Below the pieces are notes generated by a model. That model made no database searches. It was given only the letters and a program-made list of their open reading frames with translations, and had not been told where the DNA came from. From contig CAZAJW010000328.1 in assembly GCA_964485485.1 (NCBI GenBank), forward strand, positions 1 through 55,499: a DNA stretch of 55,499 nt, read 5' to 3'. Positions 29,030 through 37,934 of this stretch are shown one piece after another. The translations under genes and the position numbers were made by a program. The number at the start of each line of letters is the position of its first letter. Position 1 is the stretch's first letter. The DNA is from an uncultured Atribacterota bacterium (GTDB lineage Bacteria > Atribacterota > Phoenicimicrobiia > Phoenicimicrobiales > Stramentimicrobiaceae).

Positions 29030-30193
29030 ATGAAAAAAAATGGGAATAAGAATAACATTATTAAGAATAAATATAAAGTATTGAAAATCTTTATTTTAGT
29101 TATTTTTATTCTATTATCTATAATAGCTCCTGCTATCTCTACAGATCGTGACTTTGAAAAAGAAGAAAAGATCGGCCGAAAGATGGCCAAAAGAGTTGAA
29201 AGACAATATAATTTAATTGAAGATAGTGAATCCTTGCTGAGAGTTCAACGAATAGGGGAACACCTGAGGAACATTTCAGGCATTGGGCAGATAAACTATC
29301 AATTTAATATTATAGACAGAGAGGGCCCAAACGCCTTTGCATTTCCCGGAGGTTTTATTTATATCACTGCTGATTTGTTTGATTATATTCACTCAGATGA
29401 TGAATTGGCTGCAATAATTGCACATGAGATGGGCCATGTTATACATCAGCATTCTATAAAACAGATGCAGGAAAATCGCAAGATGAAATTAGTAGAACTT
29501 TTTGCAGTATTATTAACCGGAGATCCGACGATAGGACTTTTAGGAGAACTAACCACCATTACTGTACTTAATAATTATCGTAGGGAGTATGAGGAGGAAG
29601 CTGATTTAACTGCACTTGAATTACTAAACAAAAGTCCTATCTATCATCCAGTAGGATTGTTGACTTATTTTGAGAGAGTAGGTAGTAAATATTTATTAAA
29701 GCCCACTAATAATTTGGGTATATTTCAAACTCATCCTGATGTGGAGGAACGGGTTAAAAAAGTCAAACAATATTTGAAAGAAAACGGAATTAACATAAAT
29801 CGTCGTTTAACTACTGATTACCTTACTGTTAATGGAGCTTATAAAGAACAGGTTAATGGTTTATTAATTGCCCGAATATTTATTAATGATGTGGAGATAT
29901 TTAGGTTTACTGGTAAAGAAGAGGAAATACTCTGTCAAAAATTGGAAGAAATTGTATTAAAATTTGATCAATCATTAAGGCTTGACCTGGAGCCTTATGA
30001 AATTACCTTATACTCAGGTGAGGAGCAATGCACTTTGAGAATCGGAACTGAAAAAATTGTTTCATTGTCTCGAGAAGAGGTAAATTTTCAGGGTTTAACT
30101 GCTGCTGAGGTCCTGGAAGAAGCCAGGAAAAGAATATCTGTTATTCTCTGGCAACTGAAACTAAAATTGCCTATCCTATTTTTAAAAAGTTAA
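29030..30193 (+). CDS. M48-family zinc metallopeptidase, membrane anchored
   Basis: N-terminal TM segment and the HEMGHVIHQH motif. Confidence 0.72.
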   Translation: MKKNGNKNNIIKNKYKVLKIFILVIFILLSIIAPAISTDRDFEKEEKIGRKMAKRVERQYNLIEDSESLLRVQRIGEHLRNISGIGQINYQFNIIDREGPNAFAFPGGFIYITADLFDYIHSDDELAAIIAHEMGHVIHQHSIKQMQENRKMKLVELFAVLLTGDPTIGLLGELTTITVLNNYRREYEEEADLTALELLNKSPIYHPVGLLTYFERVGSKYLLKPTNNLGIFQTHPDVEERVKKVKQYLKENGININRRLTTDYLTVNGAYKEQVNGLLIARIFINDVEIFRFTGKEEEILCQKLEEIVLKFDQSLRLDLEPYEITLYSGEEQCTLRIGTEKIVSLSREEVNFQGLTAAEVLEEARKRISVILWQLKLKLPILFLKS

Positions 30194-30265
30194 ATACTCT
30201 AACTGACTAGAGGATGAATTTCATAATCGTTTAAAAGATTATTAATATTACATTTTTTTCATATT

Positions 30266-30316
30266 AAAAACCCGGTTATTAATTCATGATTTTGAGATTA
30301 ATAACCGGGTTTTTTA
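30266..30316. terminator. Bidirectional intrinsic terminator between convergent genes
   Basis: AAAAACCCGGTTATTAAT ... ATTAATAACCGGGTTTTTT is a perfect long stem with an A run on one side and a T run on the other. Confidence 0.7.
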
Positions 30317-30344
30317 CTTTAAATTAAGTAATTACTAAATAAGC

Positions 30345-31697
30345 TTAGCCAAGAATTCCTACACTGTTTAGAAATACAACAAATACCGCAATTGGTACTA
30401 CATATTTAATCAGGAAGGAATAACTAGCACCCAATTTTGTGCTGGCACCTCGATTAGCTTCCTCAAGAGCCTTGTCAGTACCCCAGAACCATCCGATAAA
30501 TATGGCAATCAGTAATCCTCCCAAAGGTAATAGTATATTATTGGCAAAGAAGTCAAAGGAGTCTAAAATATCAAATCCCTTAATTAGTTTTACATCTGAT
30601 AAAGTACTATAACCAAGAGAAGGGAAAATGCCGAGAATCCAGATAGCGGTTCCCATACCAATCGTTGCTTTCTTTCTGTTCCATTTGATTTCATCAATAA
30701 AGTAAGCAGCAACAACTTCTAATAAAGAAATTGCCGATGTTAAAGCAGCTACAGTTAACAAGATAAAGAAGATGGTACCGAAGATATGTCCGGCCGCACC
30801 CATTTCAGAAAAAACTGCCGGTAAGGTTATAAAGGTAAGCCCGGGACCCGAAGCAGGTTCTAATCCAAAAGCAAATACAGCTGGGAAAATAACAAATCCG
30901 GCTAATAGAGCAATTATTGTATCGAAGCTAACAACATATTTGGCATTCAAGGGTAAATCTTCGTCTTTTTTCAAGTAACTGCCGTAAGTTATCATGCAAC
31001 CCATGCCTAGGCTCAAAGTAAAGAAAACCTGGCCAAGGGCTGCCAAAAACCCTTCAGCATTGAATGCGCTAAAATCAGGCCGTAGATAAAAAGATAATCC
31101 TTCTCCTGCGCCTGGCAGTGTAACAGAACGGATAATCAGTACGATAAGCAATATAAACAAAACAGGCATAAGGATTTTAGACCAGCGTTCTATTCCGTTC
31201 TCAACACCACCATAAACTATACCAATACACAAAAGCATAAATAGTGTATGCCAGAAAATACCACCAAAGGTTGAACTAATTGAGCCTACAAAAATATTGG
31301 CAGCATCTGAGCCGGCAGCCATATAGGCACCGGATTTAAAAACATAAGAAAGTGACCATCCTGCAACTACTGAATAGTAGGATAGGATGATAAAACCAGC
31401 AAGAACACCCATAAACCCGACGATTATCCAGGGGCTTCCCGGAGCTAGTGCCTTATAAGCACCAACGGGGTTTTTTTGAGTCTTACGGCCTAACAGTAAT
31501 TCAGAGTTCATTACCGGGTAACCGATAAAGATTAGTAAAAGAATATAAACAAGAACAAATGCTCCACCACCGTACCTACCGGTAATATATGGAAAACGCC
31601 ATATATTACCTAAACCAATAGCTGAACCAGCAGCAGCAGCTATAAAACCTGCTCGTGTTTGCCACTGCCCTCTTCCGTTTTCACTCATTTCTTTCAT
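30345..31697 (-). CDS. Sodium-dependent transporter, SNF (neurotransmitter:sodium symporter) family
   Basis: GLGNIWRFPY signature; 450-aa polytopic protein. Confidence 0.9.
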   Translation of the reverse strand: MKEMSENGRGQWQTRAGFIAAAAGSAIGLGNIWRFPYITGRYGGGAFVLVYILLLIFIGYPVMNSELLLGRKTQKNPVGAYKALAPGSPWIIVGFMGVLAGFIILSYYSVVAGWSLSYVFKSGAYMAAGSDAANIFVGSISSTFGGIFWHTLFMLLCIGIVYGGVENGIERWSKILMPVLFILLIVLIIRSVTLPGAGEGLSFYLRPDFSAFNAEGFLAALGQVFFTLSLGMGCMITYGSYLKKDEDLPLNAKYVVSFDTIIALLAGFVIFPAVFAFGLEPASGPGLTFITLPAVFSEMGAAGHIFGTIFFILLTVAALTSAISLLEVVAAYFIDEIKWNRKKATIGMGTAIWILGIFPSLGYSTLSDVKLIKGFDILDSFDFFANNILLPLGGLLIAIFIGWFWGTDKALEEANRGASTKLGASYSFLIKYVVPIAVFVVFLNSVGILG

Positions 31698-32140
31698 CTC
31701 CTTAATTAAATGATTAAATATAAGATTGCACTTTTAGTAAATTATTAGTTGAAACATGAAGTTTATTTAAGCAAAATTTCCATAAAATATTGTTTACCAC
31801 CTCCTTTTAAGGTCAATTTATCAATATTTAATTATGTTTTAGAAATATATAGAAGTAGAAGTTTCAAATAAATATTATTATATATAATTTTAATAGACAA
31901 AAATAATCTTGCCTATCTTAAATATTTTATAATTTTTTGCAGCAAGCAGTTGTTTTAAAAACGTTTAAAATTATATAGTAGGTTATGATTATATAATTAA
32001 TTTCAAAGTTTAGCACCTTTTCTAATTAATGTCAAAAAGAATGAAAGACAAAAAATAAAAATGTTAAAATAATATTTACTTGTTATAATACTCGTTATAA
32101 ATAACTAAAAGTTATAAATATTTTAAAAAAGCAATTTAAA

Positions 32141-32288
32141 ATTATTTTACTTAACCATGAAAAAGATGAAAAAAGCTATCTGACAATTTTTCACCTTAAG
32201 TTCAATATAGGAAGTGGGATTGCTAAAAAAAGCTAAACTTCTTTTAGAGATTCTTAAAGCCAACTACTATTCGGGTGTGATATTTGCT
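32141..32288 (+). repeat. Intergenic modular repeat, copy C (A-box + short B + C-box, no 5' hairpin)
   Basis: TTACTTAACCATGAAAAAGA..AGCTATCTGACAATTTTTCACCTTAAGTTC..AGCTAAACTTCTTTTAGAGATTCTTAAAGCCAAC..TTCGGGTGTGATATTTGCT. Confidence 0.75.
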
Positions 32289-32295
32289 AAAGCTG

Positions 32296-32324
32296 TTGAA
32301 TTGAAGTGATACAAGTGGTATATT
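32296..32324 (+). promoter_or_regulatory. Putative sigma-70 promoter of acyP-ccdA unit
   Basis: TTGAAT (32296-32301), 17-nt spacer, TATATT (32319-32324). It lies immediately 3' of repeat copy C. Confidence 0.45.
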
Positions 32325-32365
32325 TTATCAAACAAGATAAGATTTAGAAAATATGGTGATTTATT

Positions 32366-32677
32366 ATGTTAAGAAACAGCCATGAAAAAATAGGTAATAA
32401 AAACAATCGTGAAAGAGCCTATATTATTCTAACCGGTAGGGTACAAGGTGTAGCATTTCGTTATTATGCTCGAAATATAGCAAACAGACTCGGAGTAAAA
32501 GGATGGATAAGAAACTTAGACAATGGAGATGTAGAGGCAACTATTGAGGGAGAGAAAAATTCAGTTAATCAGATGATTGAATGGTGCAAAAAAGGACCGA
32601 GTCTAGCCTTGGTAGAGGATATAAAAATAATTTGGCAGCCCTATACTGGTGATTTTAGTGATTTTCATATTAGATGA
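32366..32677 (+). CDS. acyP: Acylphosphatase
   Basis: GRVQGVAFRYY and GWIRNLDNGDVE motifs. Confidence 0.85.
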   Translation: MLRNSHEKIGNKNNRERAYIILTGRVQGVAFRYYARNIANRLGVKGWIRNLDNGDVEATIEGEKNSVNQMIEWCKKGPSLALVEDIKIIWQPYTGDFSDFHIR

Positions 32678-32754
32678 TAATATTTAGTAGTATATATTTA
32701 CTTTTTATACAAATAGAAAATAATTAAGAAATAAAATAGAGAAAGGAAGAAAAA

Positions 32755-33474
32755 ATGTTAGTATTACAGGAAGTTTCTTATTTTGCTGCTTTTTTAGCTG
32801 GATTGTTGTCATTTTTATCACCCTGTATCTTACCTTTGGTACCAGGGGATATTTCATTTATTTCCGGAATATCCTTAGAGGATTTAAACAATAATAACAG
32901 TAAAAATAGAAATAGCTTTTATCGTGTCCTTACAGGGGCTTTATTTTTTATCTTCGGATTCTCTCTAGTCTTTGTTCTTTTAGGCGCTTCTGCAACTTTT
33001 CTTGGGCAGTTTCTACAGGAATACTCAGTTTGGTTCAAGAGAATAGGCGGTATAATCATTATTTTATTCGGGTTGCACATGATAGGAATTATAAACATTC
33101 CTTTTTTAAATTTTCAAAAAAAGTTCCAAACCAAATCGGATCTTTCTTTTAATTTATTTTTTACGCCTTTTTTAATCGGTTTTGCATTTGCTTTTGGATG
33201 GACCCCCTGTATTGGACCTATTCTGGCTGCTATTTTAGTCTATGCGGGTACCCAGGATACGGTTATTAAAGGCATGTCCTTATTATCCCTCTATTCTTTG
33301 GGTTTGGGGGTTCCCTTTTTATTAACGGCTTTAGCGGTAAATCAATTCTATCGATTAAGTGTGCAGATTAAAAAATATTTTAAGATAATTGAATGGGTAG
33401 GAGGAATATTGCTAATCATAATAGGTATTATGATATTTAGTGACAATTTAATAATTCTTTCAGGTATTATATAG
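32755..33474 (+). CDS. ccdA: Cytochrome c biogenesis/thiol-disulfide transporter CcdA (DsbD family)
   Basis: LSPCILPLVP and WTPCIGPIL motifs; six-TM-like protein. Confidence 0.85.
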   Translation: MLVLQEVSYFAAFLAGLLSFLSPCILPLVPGDISFISGISLEDLNNNNSKNRNSFYRVLTGALFFIFGFSLVFVLLGASATFLGQFLQEYSVWFKRIGGIIIILFGLHMIGIINIPFLNFQKKFQTKSDLSFNLFFTPFLIGFAFAFGWTPCIGPILAAILVYAGTQDTVIKGMSLLSLYSLGLGVPFLLTALAVNQFYRLSVQIKKYFKIIEWVGGILLIIIGIMIFSDNLIILSGII

Positions 33475-33566
33475 AATAATTTGACAACAAATAATATTGT
33501 TGTATAATTTAACACTAAACAATTTGAAAAAAATTAAAATAATGTAGATAGGATAGGTTCTTTATT

Positions 33567-34112
33567 ATGAGCAAATTAATTGAAAAGAAAATAAAATATT
33601 TACAAATATTTATAGTTCTAGTATTTATGCTGGTTTACAGTTTTAGCTGTATGGCTGTTGAGCTGTCCGAAAATGAAAATTATCAAAACGGGAAAGATTT
33701 AAATTGGCTGTCATTTGATCAGGCGCTGACAAAATCGAAAATTGAGAATATCCCGACCCTGATTTATTTCTATTCTGACAACTGTGAGTGGTGTAGAAGA
33801 TTGGAAGATGAAACTTTCAAAAATCAAGAGGTTAAGGAATTAATGAATGGGGATTTTGCTATTGTTAAAATTAACAGTAATTCCTCTAATGTTGTTAGTG
33901 ATAAGGGGGAAATTACCGAAAAGCAACTATCGCAGGAATTTTATCAGGTAAGGGCAAATCCAACCATTTGGTTTTTAAGCAGCAATGAAGAACGTATTGC
34001 TCCCTTGCCGGGCTATGCGCCCGCTGAAGATTTTATCAGTGTTTTACATTATATAAGGGATGGTTATTATAGGGATTATACTTTCCCCGAATATATGGAA
34101 GAATTCAATTAG
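33567..34112 (+). CDS. Membrane-anchored/secreted thioredoxin-fold protein
   Basis: N-terminal hydrophobic segment and a CEWC (CxxC) motif. Adjacent to ccdA. Confidence 0.7.
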   Translation: MSKLIEKKIKYLQIFIVLVFMLVYSFSCMAVELSENENYQNGKDLNWLSFDQALTKSKIENIPTLIYFYSDNCEWCRRLEDETFKNQEVKELMNGDFAIVKINSNSSNVVSDKGEITEKQLSQEFYQVRANPTIWFLSSNEERIAPLPGYAPAEDFISVLHYIRDGYYRDYTFPEYMEEFN

Positions 34113-34189
34113 TAATAGTAAGTAGTACAGGAATTTATTTTTCAGTCTAGGAATTTTCTTATTAAATATTACCAAAATATTCAAATAAT

Positions 34190-34231
34190 AAAAATGAGAT
34201 AGTTAACTATATCAATAACTATCTCATTTTT
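34190..34231 (+). terminator. Intrinsic terminator after thioredoxin-like gene
   Basis: AAAAATGAGATAGTTA-loop-TAACTATCTCATTTTT. Confidence 0.65.
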
Positions 34232-34320
34232 ATTTAACATGAAAAAGACAAAGAGAAGCTATATGACGATTTTTCATCAGAAGTTCAATGTAGAAAATAG
34301 GGTTGCAAAAAAGCTAAAAC
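34227..34320 (+). repeat. Intergenic modular repeat, copy D (A-box + short B; C-box absent after AGCTAAAAC)
   Basis: TTATTTAACATGAAAAAGACAAAGAGAAGCTATATGACGATTTTTCATCAGAAGTTCAATGTAGAAAATAGGGTTGCAAAAAAGCTAAAAC aligns best to copy C. Confidence 0.65.
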
Positions 34321-34393
34321 AGTCACAAAGATATTTTAATATAATATATGATAAGATTAAGATAAAATAACAAATGTTTCGAGGTAAAAAGGT

Positions 34394-35371
34394 TTGCAGG
34401 AAGCATCAATTGAAGTTCAAAAAATAGTTGACAATATCAGAAAAGTTGTAAAGGAAAAATCCGCTACGGTTGCTTTCTCCGGAGGACTTGATAGCACTGT
34501 AGTGCTTAATTTAGCTAAAAGAGCCCTGTGTAAAGAGAAATTGACCGCAGCCAATGTTGATTTCGGATTGTTTACCTACAATAAAGCTCGTGAAAATATA
34601 CAGGCGATAAGTAAATCTTTACAAATAAAACTTATCATAATTTCCGGTGAATCTGAACAAGTGACTATAATGAGGGGCGGACCGGATTGTAATTTATGTA
34701 CCAAAAAAGTTAAATTAGGCTTGATAAAAAGGAAATTAAAAAAACAGATTATTTTAACAGGTTCTAACCAAAGCGACAGCTGGGGAAAATATGGAATTGA
34801 CTTCCAGAACAGTTATTATGCCCCATTGTTTGCTTACTCAAAAAATGAGATTAAGATTATTGCTGATTATTTAAATATTGGAATTAAACGCATTGGAGAG
34901 AATAATAATCGTGAAGGATGCAAATTAAAGCATTTACTTAAACCTTTAATTAACCTTGATTATCACGGACATGCAGTTAATAAAGCAAATGAATTACTGT
35001 TAGAGAAGATTTATAAATCAGGTATTTGTGCTGAAAAGGCAAATGTTAAAATTATTGGTCCTTTAAGCAAAAACATTGCCTTGATTAATATTTACCCTTT
35101 ACCAGACCAAAATTGGTTAGATGAGGCCAAATATCAAATAGAGGACTTAGCAACTATCGAAGAATGCCAAATTGTTGACCACCCTTTGGAATTGTTGATA
35201 AAAGCCAATAAAGGTCAATTTAATAATCTCCGTTCCCGCTATTGGTTAGAAAAGGGTAGACTGCAACCGGAATTTTCCTTTCCCGTAAAAGTAAGATGGT
35301 TATTAACAAGCAATAGAAAGTTGAAAACATTTCAGGTTGTCGATTATAATAAGTTAGATGTAAGTAATTAA
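34394..35371 (+). CDS. PP-loop ATP pyrophosphatase family protein (LarE/TtuA-like sulfur- or adenylyl-transferase)
   Basis: PP-loop AFSGGLDSTV. Cysteines occur in GGPDCNLCTKK and REGCKLKH. TTG start after GAGGT. Confidence 0.65.
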   Translation: MQEASIEVQKIVDNIRKVVKEKSATVAFSGGLDSTVVLNLAKRALCKEKLTAANVDFGLFTYNKARENIQAISKSLQIKLIIISGESEQVTIMRGGPDCNLCTKKVKLGLIKRKLKKQIILTGSNQSDSWGKYGIDFQNSYYAPLFAYSKNEIKIIADYLNIGIKRIGENNNREGCKLKHLLKPLINLDYHGHAVNKANELLLEKIYKSGICAEKANVKIIGPLSKNIALINIYPLPDQNWLDEAKYQIEDLATIEECQIVDHPLELLIKANKGQFNNLRSRYWLEKGRLQPEFSFPVKVRWLLTSNRKLKTFQVVDYNKLDVSN

Positions 35372-35427
35372 TTCGGATTTTAATAAATTAACATAGAAGT
35401 AGAATATCAACAAAGGAGTAGTTTTTT

Positions 35428-35970
35428 ATGAGTAATGAAATGAGTTATATCAATTATGAAGATACAATTAGAAATGCAGTGGAATTGATGGCATTATCTG
35501 CCAGGACAGCTCCCAAGTCAGCTGGAGAAGATTTTGTGGAAATCAAAATACTTTATGGGGATGAAGTGGTAAGATTGGGAGAGGAAATGATAAAATATGG
35601 TATAGAAAATAGTAAGAGAAATTTTGACCGTGATGGTGAAAATGTAAAGAATTCCCCTGCCCTATTGTTGATTGGCTTAAAGGGAGCCCAGGCATTAGGT
35701 CTTGATTGTGGAGCCTGCGGATTTAATAGTTGTTCAGAATGTCAAGAACATAGTGGACCTGAGTTCGATGGCCCCCAGTGTGCTTTTCGTATTTTGGATA
35801 TGGGAATTGCCATTGGCTCTGCTGCTAAAATGGCAGGTATATTAAGTATAGATAACCGCATTATGTACCGCGCTGGAGTTGTTGCTAAAAAGATAGGACT
35901 TATTGATACTAGTTTTGTCATGGGGATACCTTTTTCAGTAACCGGAAAAAATATTTATTTTGACAGATAA
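35428..35970 (+). CDS. DUF2148-like ferredoxin-domain protein
   Basis: Cys cluster CGACGFNSCSEC plus GPQCAF. 180 aa. Good RBS AAAGGAG. Confidence 0.6.
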   Translation: MSNEMSYINYEDTIRNAVELMALSARTAPKSAGEDFVEIKILYGDEVVRLGEEMIKYGIENSKRNFDRDGENVKNSPALLLIGLKGAQALGLDCGACGFNSCSECQEHSGPEFDGPQCAFRILDMGIAIGSAAKMAGILSIDNRIMYRAGVVAKKIGLIDTSFVMGIPFSVTGKNIYFDR

Positions 35971-36208
35971 ATATAACTGGGATTGGGAAATATTTGCACA
36001 GCTGATAAGAAATAAAGCGCAATTATTTTGCAGTAAAAAGATGTTTTTGCAACCAATGGGATTATTTATGTGTGTTATTTAAAAGAATAGCCATTAAATA
36101 AACTGATAATCTCAGGCAAAGAAAATCTTTATTTATATCGTTTTAGAAGGATGGATGCTTTTTAGGTATGGCAGTAGATTGATAAAATAAATTGTATGGA
36201 TTTTATTC

Positions 36209-36224
36209 TGGCATAGAAATTGCT
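36209..36224 (+). promoter_or_regulatory. Sigma-54 (-24/-12) promoter upstream of htrA
   Basis: TGGCATAGAAATTGCT matches TGGCAC-N5-TTGCW, with the GG and GC at the exact consensus spacing. It lies ~145 nt upstream of the htrA ATG. A sigma-54 activator gene is encoded downstream. Confidence 0.6.
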
Positions 36225-36369
36225 TTATATAATTAGATAGAAAAAAGAAATAATAAAAAAGGAGATGATTTCTTATGTCAGAGTCATTTTTATAAAAAAG
36301 TATTATATAAAAAATCCAAAGTGAAATTCTGAAATATTTTAATAATTCTTTCAATGAGGAGGTAAGAAT

Positions 36370-37806
36370 ATGTTACAAAAAATTTTTATAAAAAGACAGA
36401 AACTATATTTTATTTCTCTATCACTAATATTTATATTTTTGCTGAGTTTTGCCGGAACAGGCATTGCGCAACAAAAACAGTCTATTGTTAAATCTCTTAG
36501 TGATGATATTGCTCAAATTGCGGAGGTCGTTGGTCCGGCAGTAGTAAATATTGATGTAGTACGTTATGTAGACACATCACCTTTTGGCAGTCAATTTAAT
36601 GATCCATTTTTTGAGAGATTCTTTGAACAATTTGAAGAATATCGAAGACAAATTCCGCAAAAGGGAGCTGGTTCTGGGTTTATTGTTGACAAGGAAGGCC
36701 ATATATTAACCAATGAACATGTAGTTCACAATGCCGAAGAGATAAAAGTCACTCTGTCAGATGGTCGCGAGTTTACTGGTGAGGTAGTTGGTTCTGATAT
36801 CACAACAGATATGGCAATTGTAAAAATTGATGCCAATGATCTTCCGATAGTAGAATTAGGAGATTCTGATTCACTGAGGGTAGGAGAAATTGTCATTGCT
36901 ATTGGAAATCCATATGGCTTAGAAAAAACGGTTACTATGGGTGTTGTTAGCGCCAAGGGTAGAGACATCAATGCCGGTTCAGATGGCCAGGAATATCGTA
37001 ATCTTATTCAAACAGATACAGCAATTAACCCGGGCAACAGTGGCGGTCCCTTGCTCAATACAGATGGAGAAGTAGTAGGAATAAACACTGCAATTATCCC
37101 TTATGCACAAGGTATTGGTTTTGCAATTCCAGTGAGTGTAGCCCAGCGGAATCTTGATGATTTAATTACTCTTGGAAAGGTAAGAAGGTCCTGGTTGGGT
37201 GTTTATATTCAACAGGTAACTCCGGAGATTGCCGAACAATTTGACCTTGAAGAGGCTGAAGGCGTATTGGTTGGTGATGTAATTGAAGATAGTCCTGCTG
37301 AAAAAGCCGGTCTTGTCAGAGGTGATGTAATTATATCTGTTAACGATATAGTAGTAAATACGCCACAGGAGCTGCAGGACACTATCCGCGCTTTAGAAAT
37401 TGGCGAAAGAGCTGAGTTAACAGTAAAGAGAAACGGGGAAGAGACAAATATAATGGTTGATATAGCAGAAATGCCTTCAGATGAAGTCGTAGAAACTAAA
37501 GAAAAAGTCTTTTCCGAACAAACTGGAATCAAGGTTGAAGAAGTGACTCCGGAGATCGCCCGTGAAGCAAACTTGCCATGGGTAAAAGGATTAGTTATAA
37601 CCGATATTGTTCCCGGTAGCTCTGCAGATGATATGGGACTAAGAAGAGGAGACATTGTGTTGGAAGCTAACAGAAATGAAGTATCATCGATTGCTGAATG
37701 GGAAGAGATAATTAATCAGCTAGAAACAGGAGATACTTTATTGCTCTTGGTTTTCCGAGATAGGCATACTTATTATGTTCCTATCAAAATAGAGGAACTT
37801 GAATAA
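36370..37806 (+). CDS. htrA: HtrA/DegP-family serine protease with two PDZ domains
   Basis: Catalytic motifs TNEHV, DMAIVK and GNSGGPL. Two PDZ-like regions. Signal/TM N-terminus. Confidence 0.9.
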   Translation: MLQKIFIKRQKLYFISLSLIFIFLLSFAGTGIAQQKQSIVKSLSDDIAQIAEVVGPAVVNIDVVRYVDTSPFGSQFNDPFFERFFEQFEEYRRQIPQKGAGSGFIVDKEGHILTNEHVVHNAEEIKVTLSDGREFTGEVVGSDITTDMAIVKIDANDLPIVELGDSDSLRVGEIVIAIGNPYGLEKTVTMGVVSAKGRDINAGSDGQEYRNLIQTDTAINPGNSGGPLLNTDGEVVGINTAIIPYAQGIGFAIPVSVAQRNLDDLITLGKVRRSWLGVYIQQVTPEIAEQFDLEEAEGVLVGDVIEDSPAEKAGLVRGDVIISVNDIVVNTPQELQDTIRALEIGERAELTVKRNGEETNIMVDIAEMPSDEVVETKEKVFSEQTGIKVEEVTPEIAREANLPWVKGLVITDIVPGSSADDMGLRRGDIVLEANRNEVSSIAEWEEIINQLETGDTLLLLVFRDRHTYYVPIKIEELE

Positions 37807-37826
37807 ATAGCTCTAATAAGTAAAAG

Positions 37827-37862
37827 AAAAAAGAGAACCGGTAATTACCGGTTCTCTTTTTT
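37827..37862. terminator. Intrinsic terminator after htrA
   Basis: AAAAAAGAGAACCGGTAATTACCGGTTCTCTTTTTT is a perfect palindrome flanked by A and T runs. Confidence 0.75.
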
Positions 37863-37934
37863 ATTAAAAATCCAATTTTATAAAAAATGAAGCTAAGGAT
37901 AACAATTCAATTATTACTGGTAGTTAAATAATCT

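Noticed and set aside
31698-32140. Long AT-rich leader upstream of the SNF transporter (minus strand), examined for a riboswitch or leader peptide
   Set aside because: It contains only tiny ORFs (for example MEILLK) with poor RBS spacing, and I could find no conserved riboswitch core.
36075-36101. Inverted repeat TTATTTAA-N11-TTAAATAA upstream of the sigma-54 promoter as a possible enhancer-binding site
   Set aside because: An 8-bp all-A/T palindrome is expected by chance in sequence this AT-rich. There is no second copy to compare.
36133-36354. 73-aa minus-strand ORF in the DUF2148-htrA intergenic region
   Set aside because: It is extremely AT-rich and Phe/Tyr/Ile/Lys low complexity. It has no RBS. 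It overlaps the sigma-54 promoter, which better explains the region.
37209-37655. 148-aa minus-strand ORF inside htrA
   Set aside because: It is antisense to a confidently assigned protease gene. Its composition is Ser/Thr/Ile-rich low complexity, typical of the mirror frame. It has no RBS or motif.
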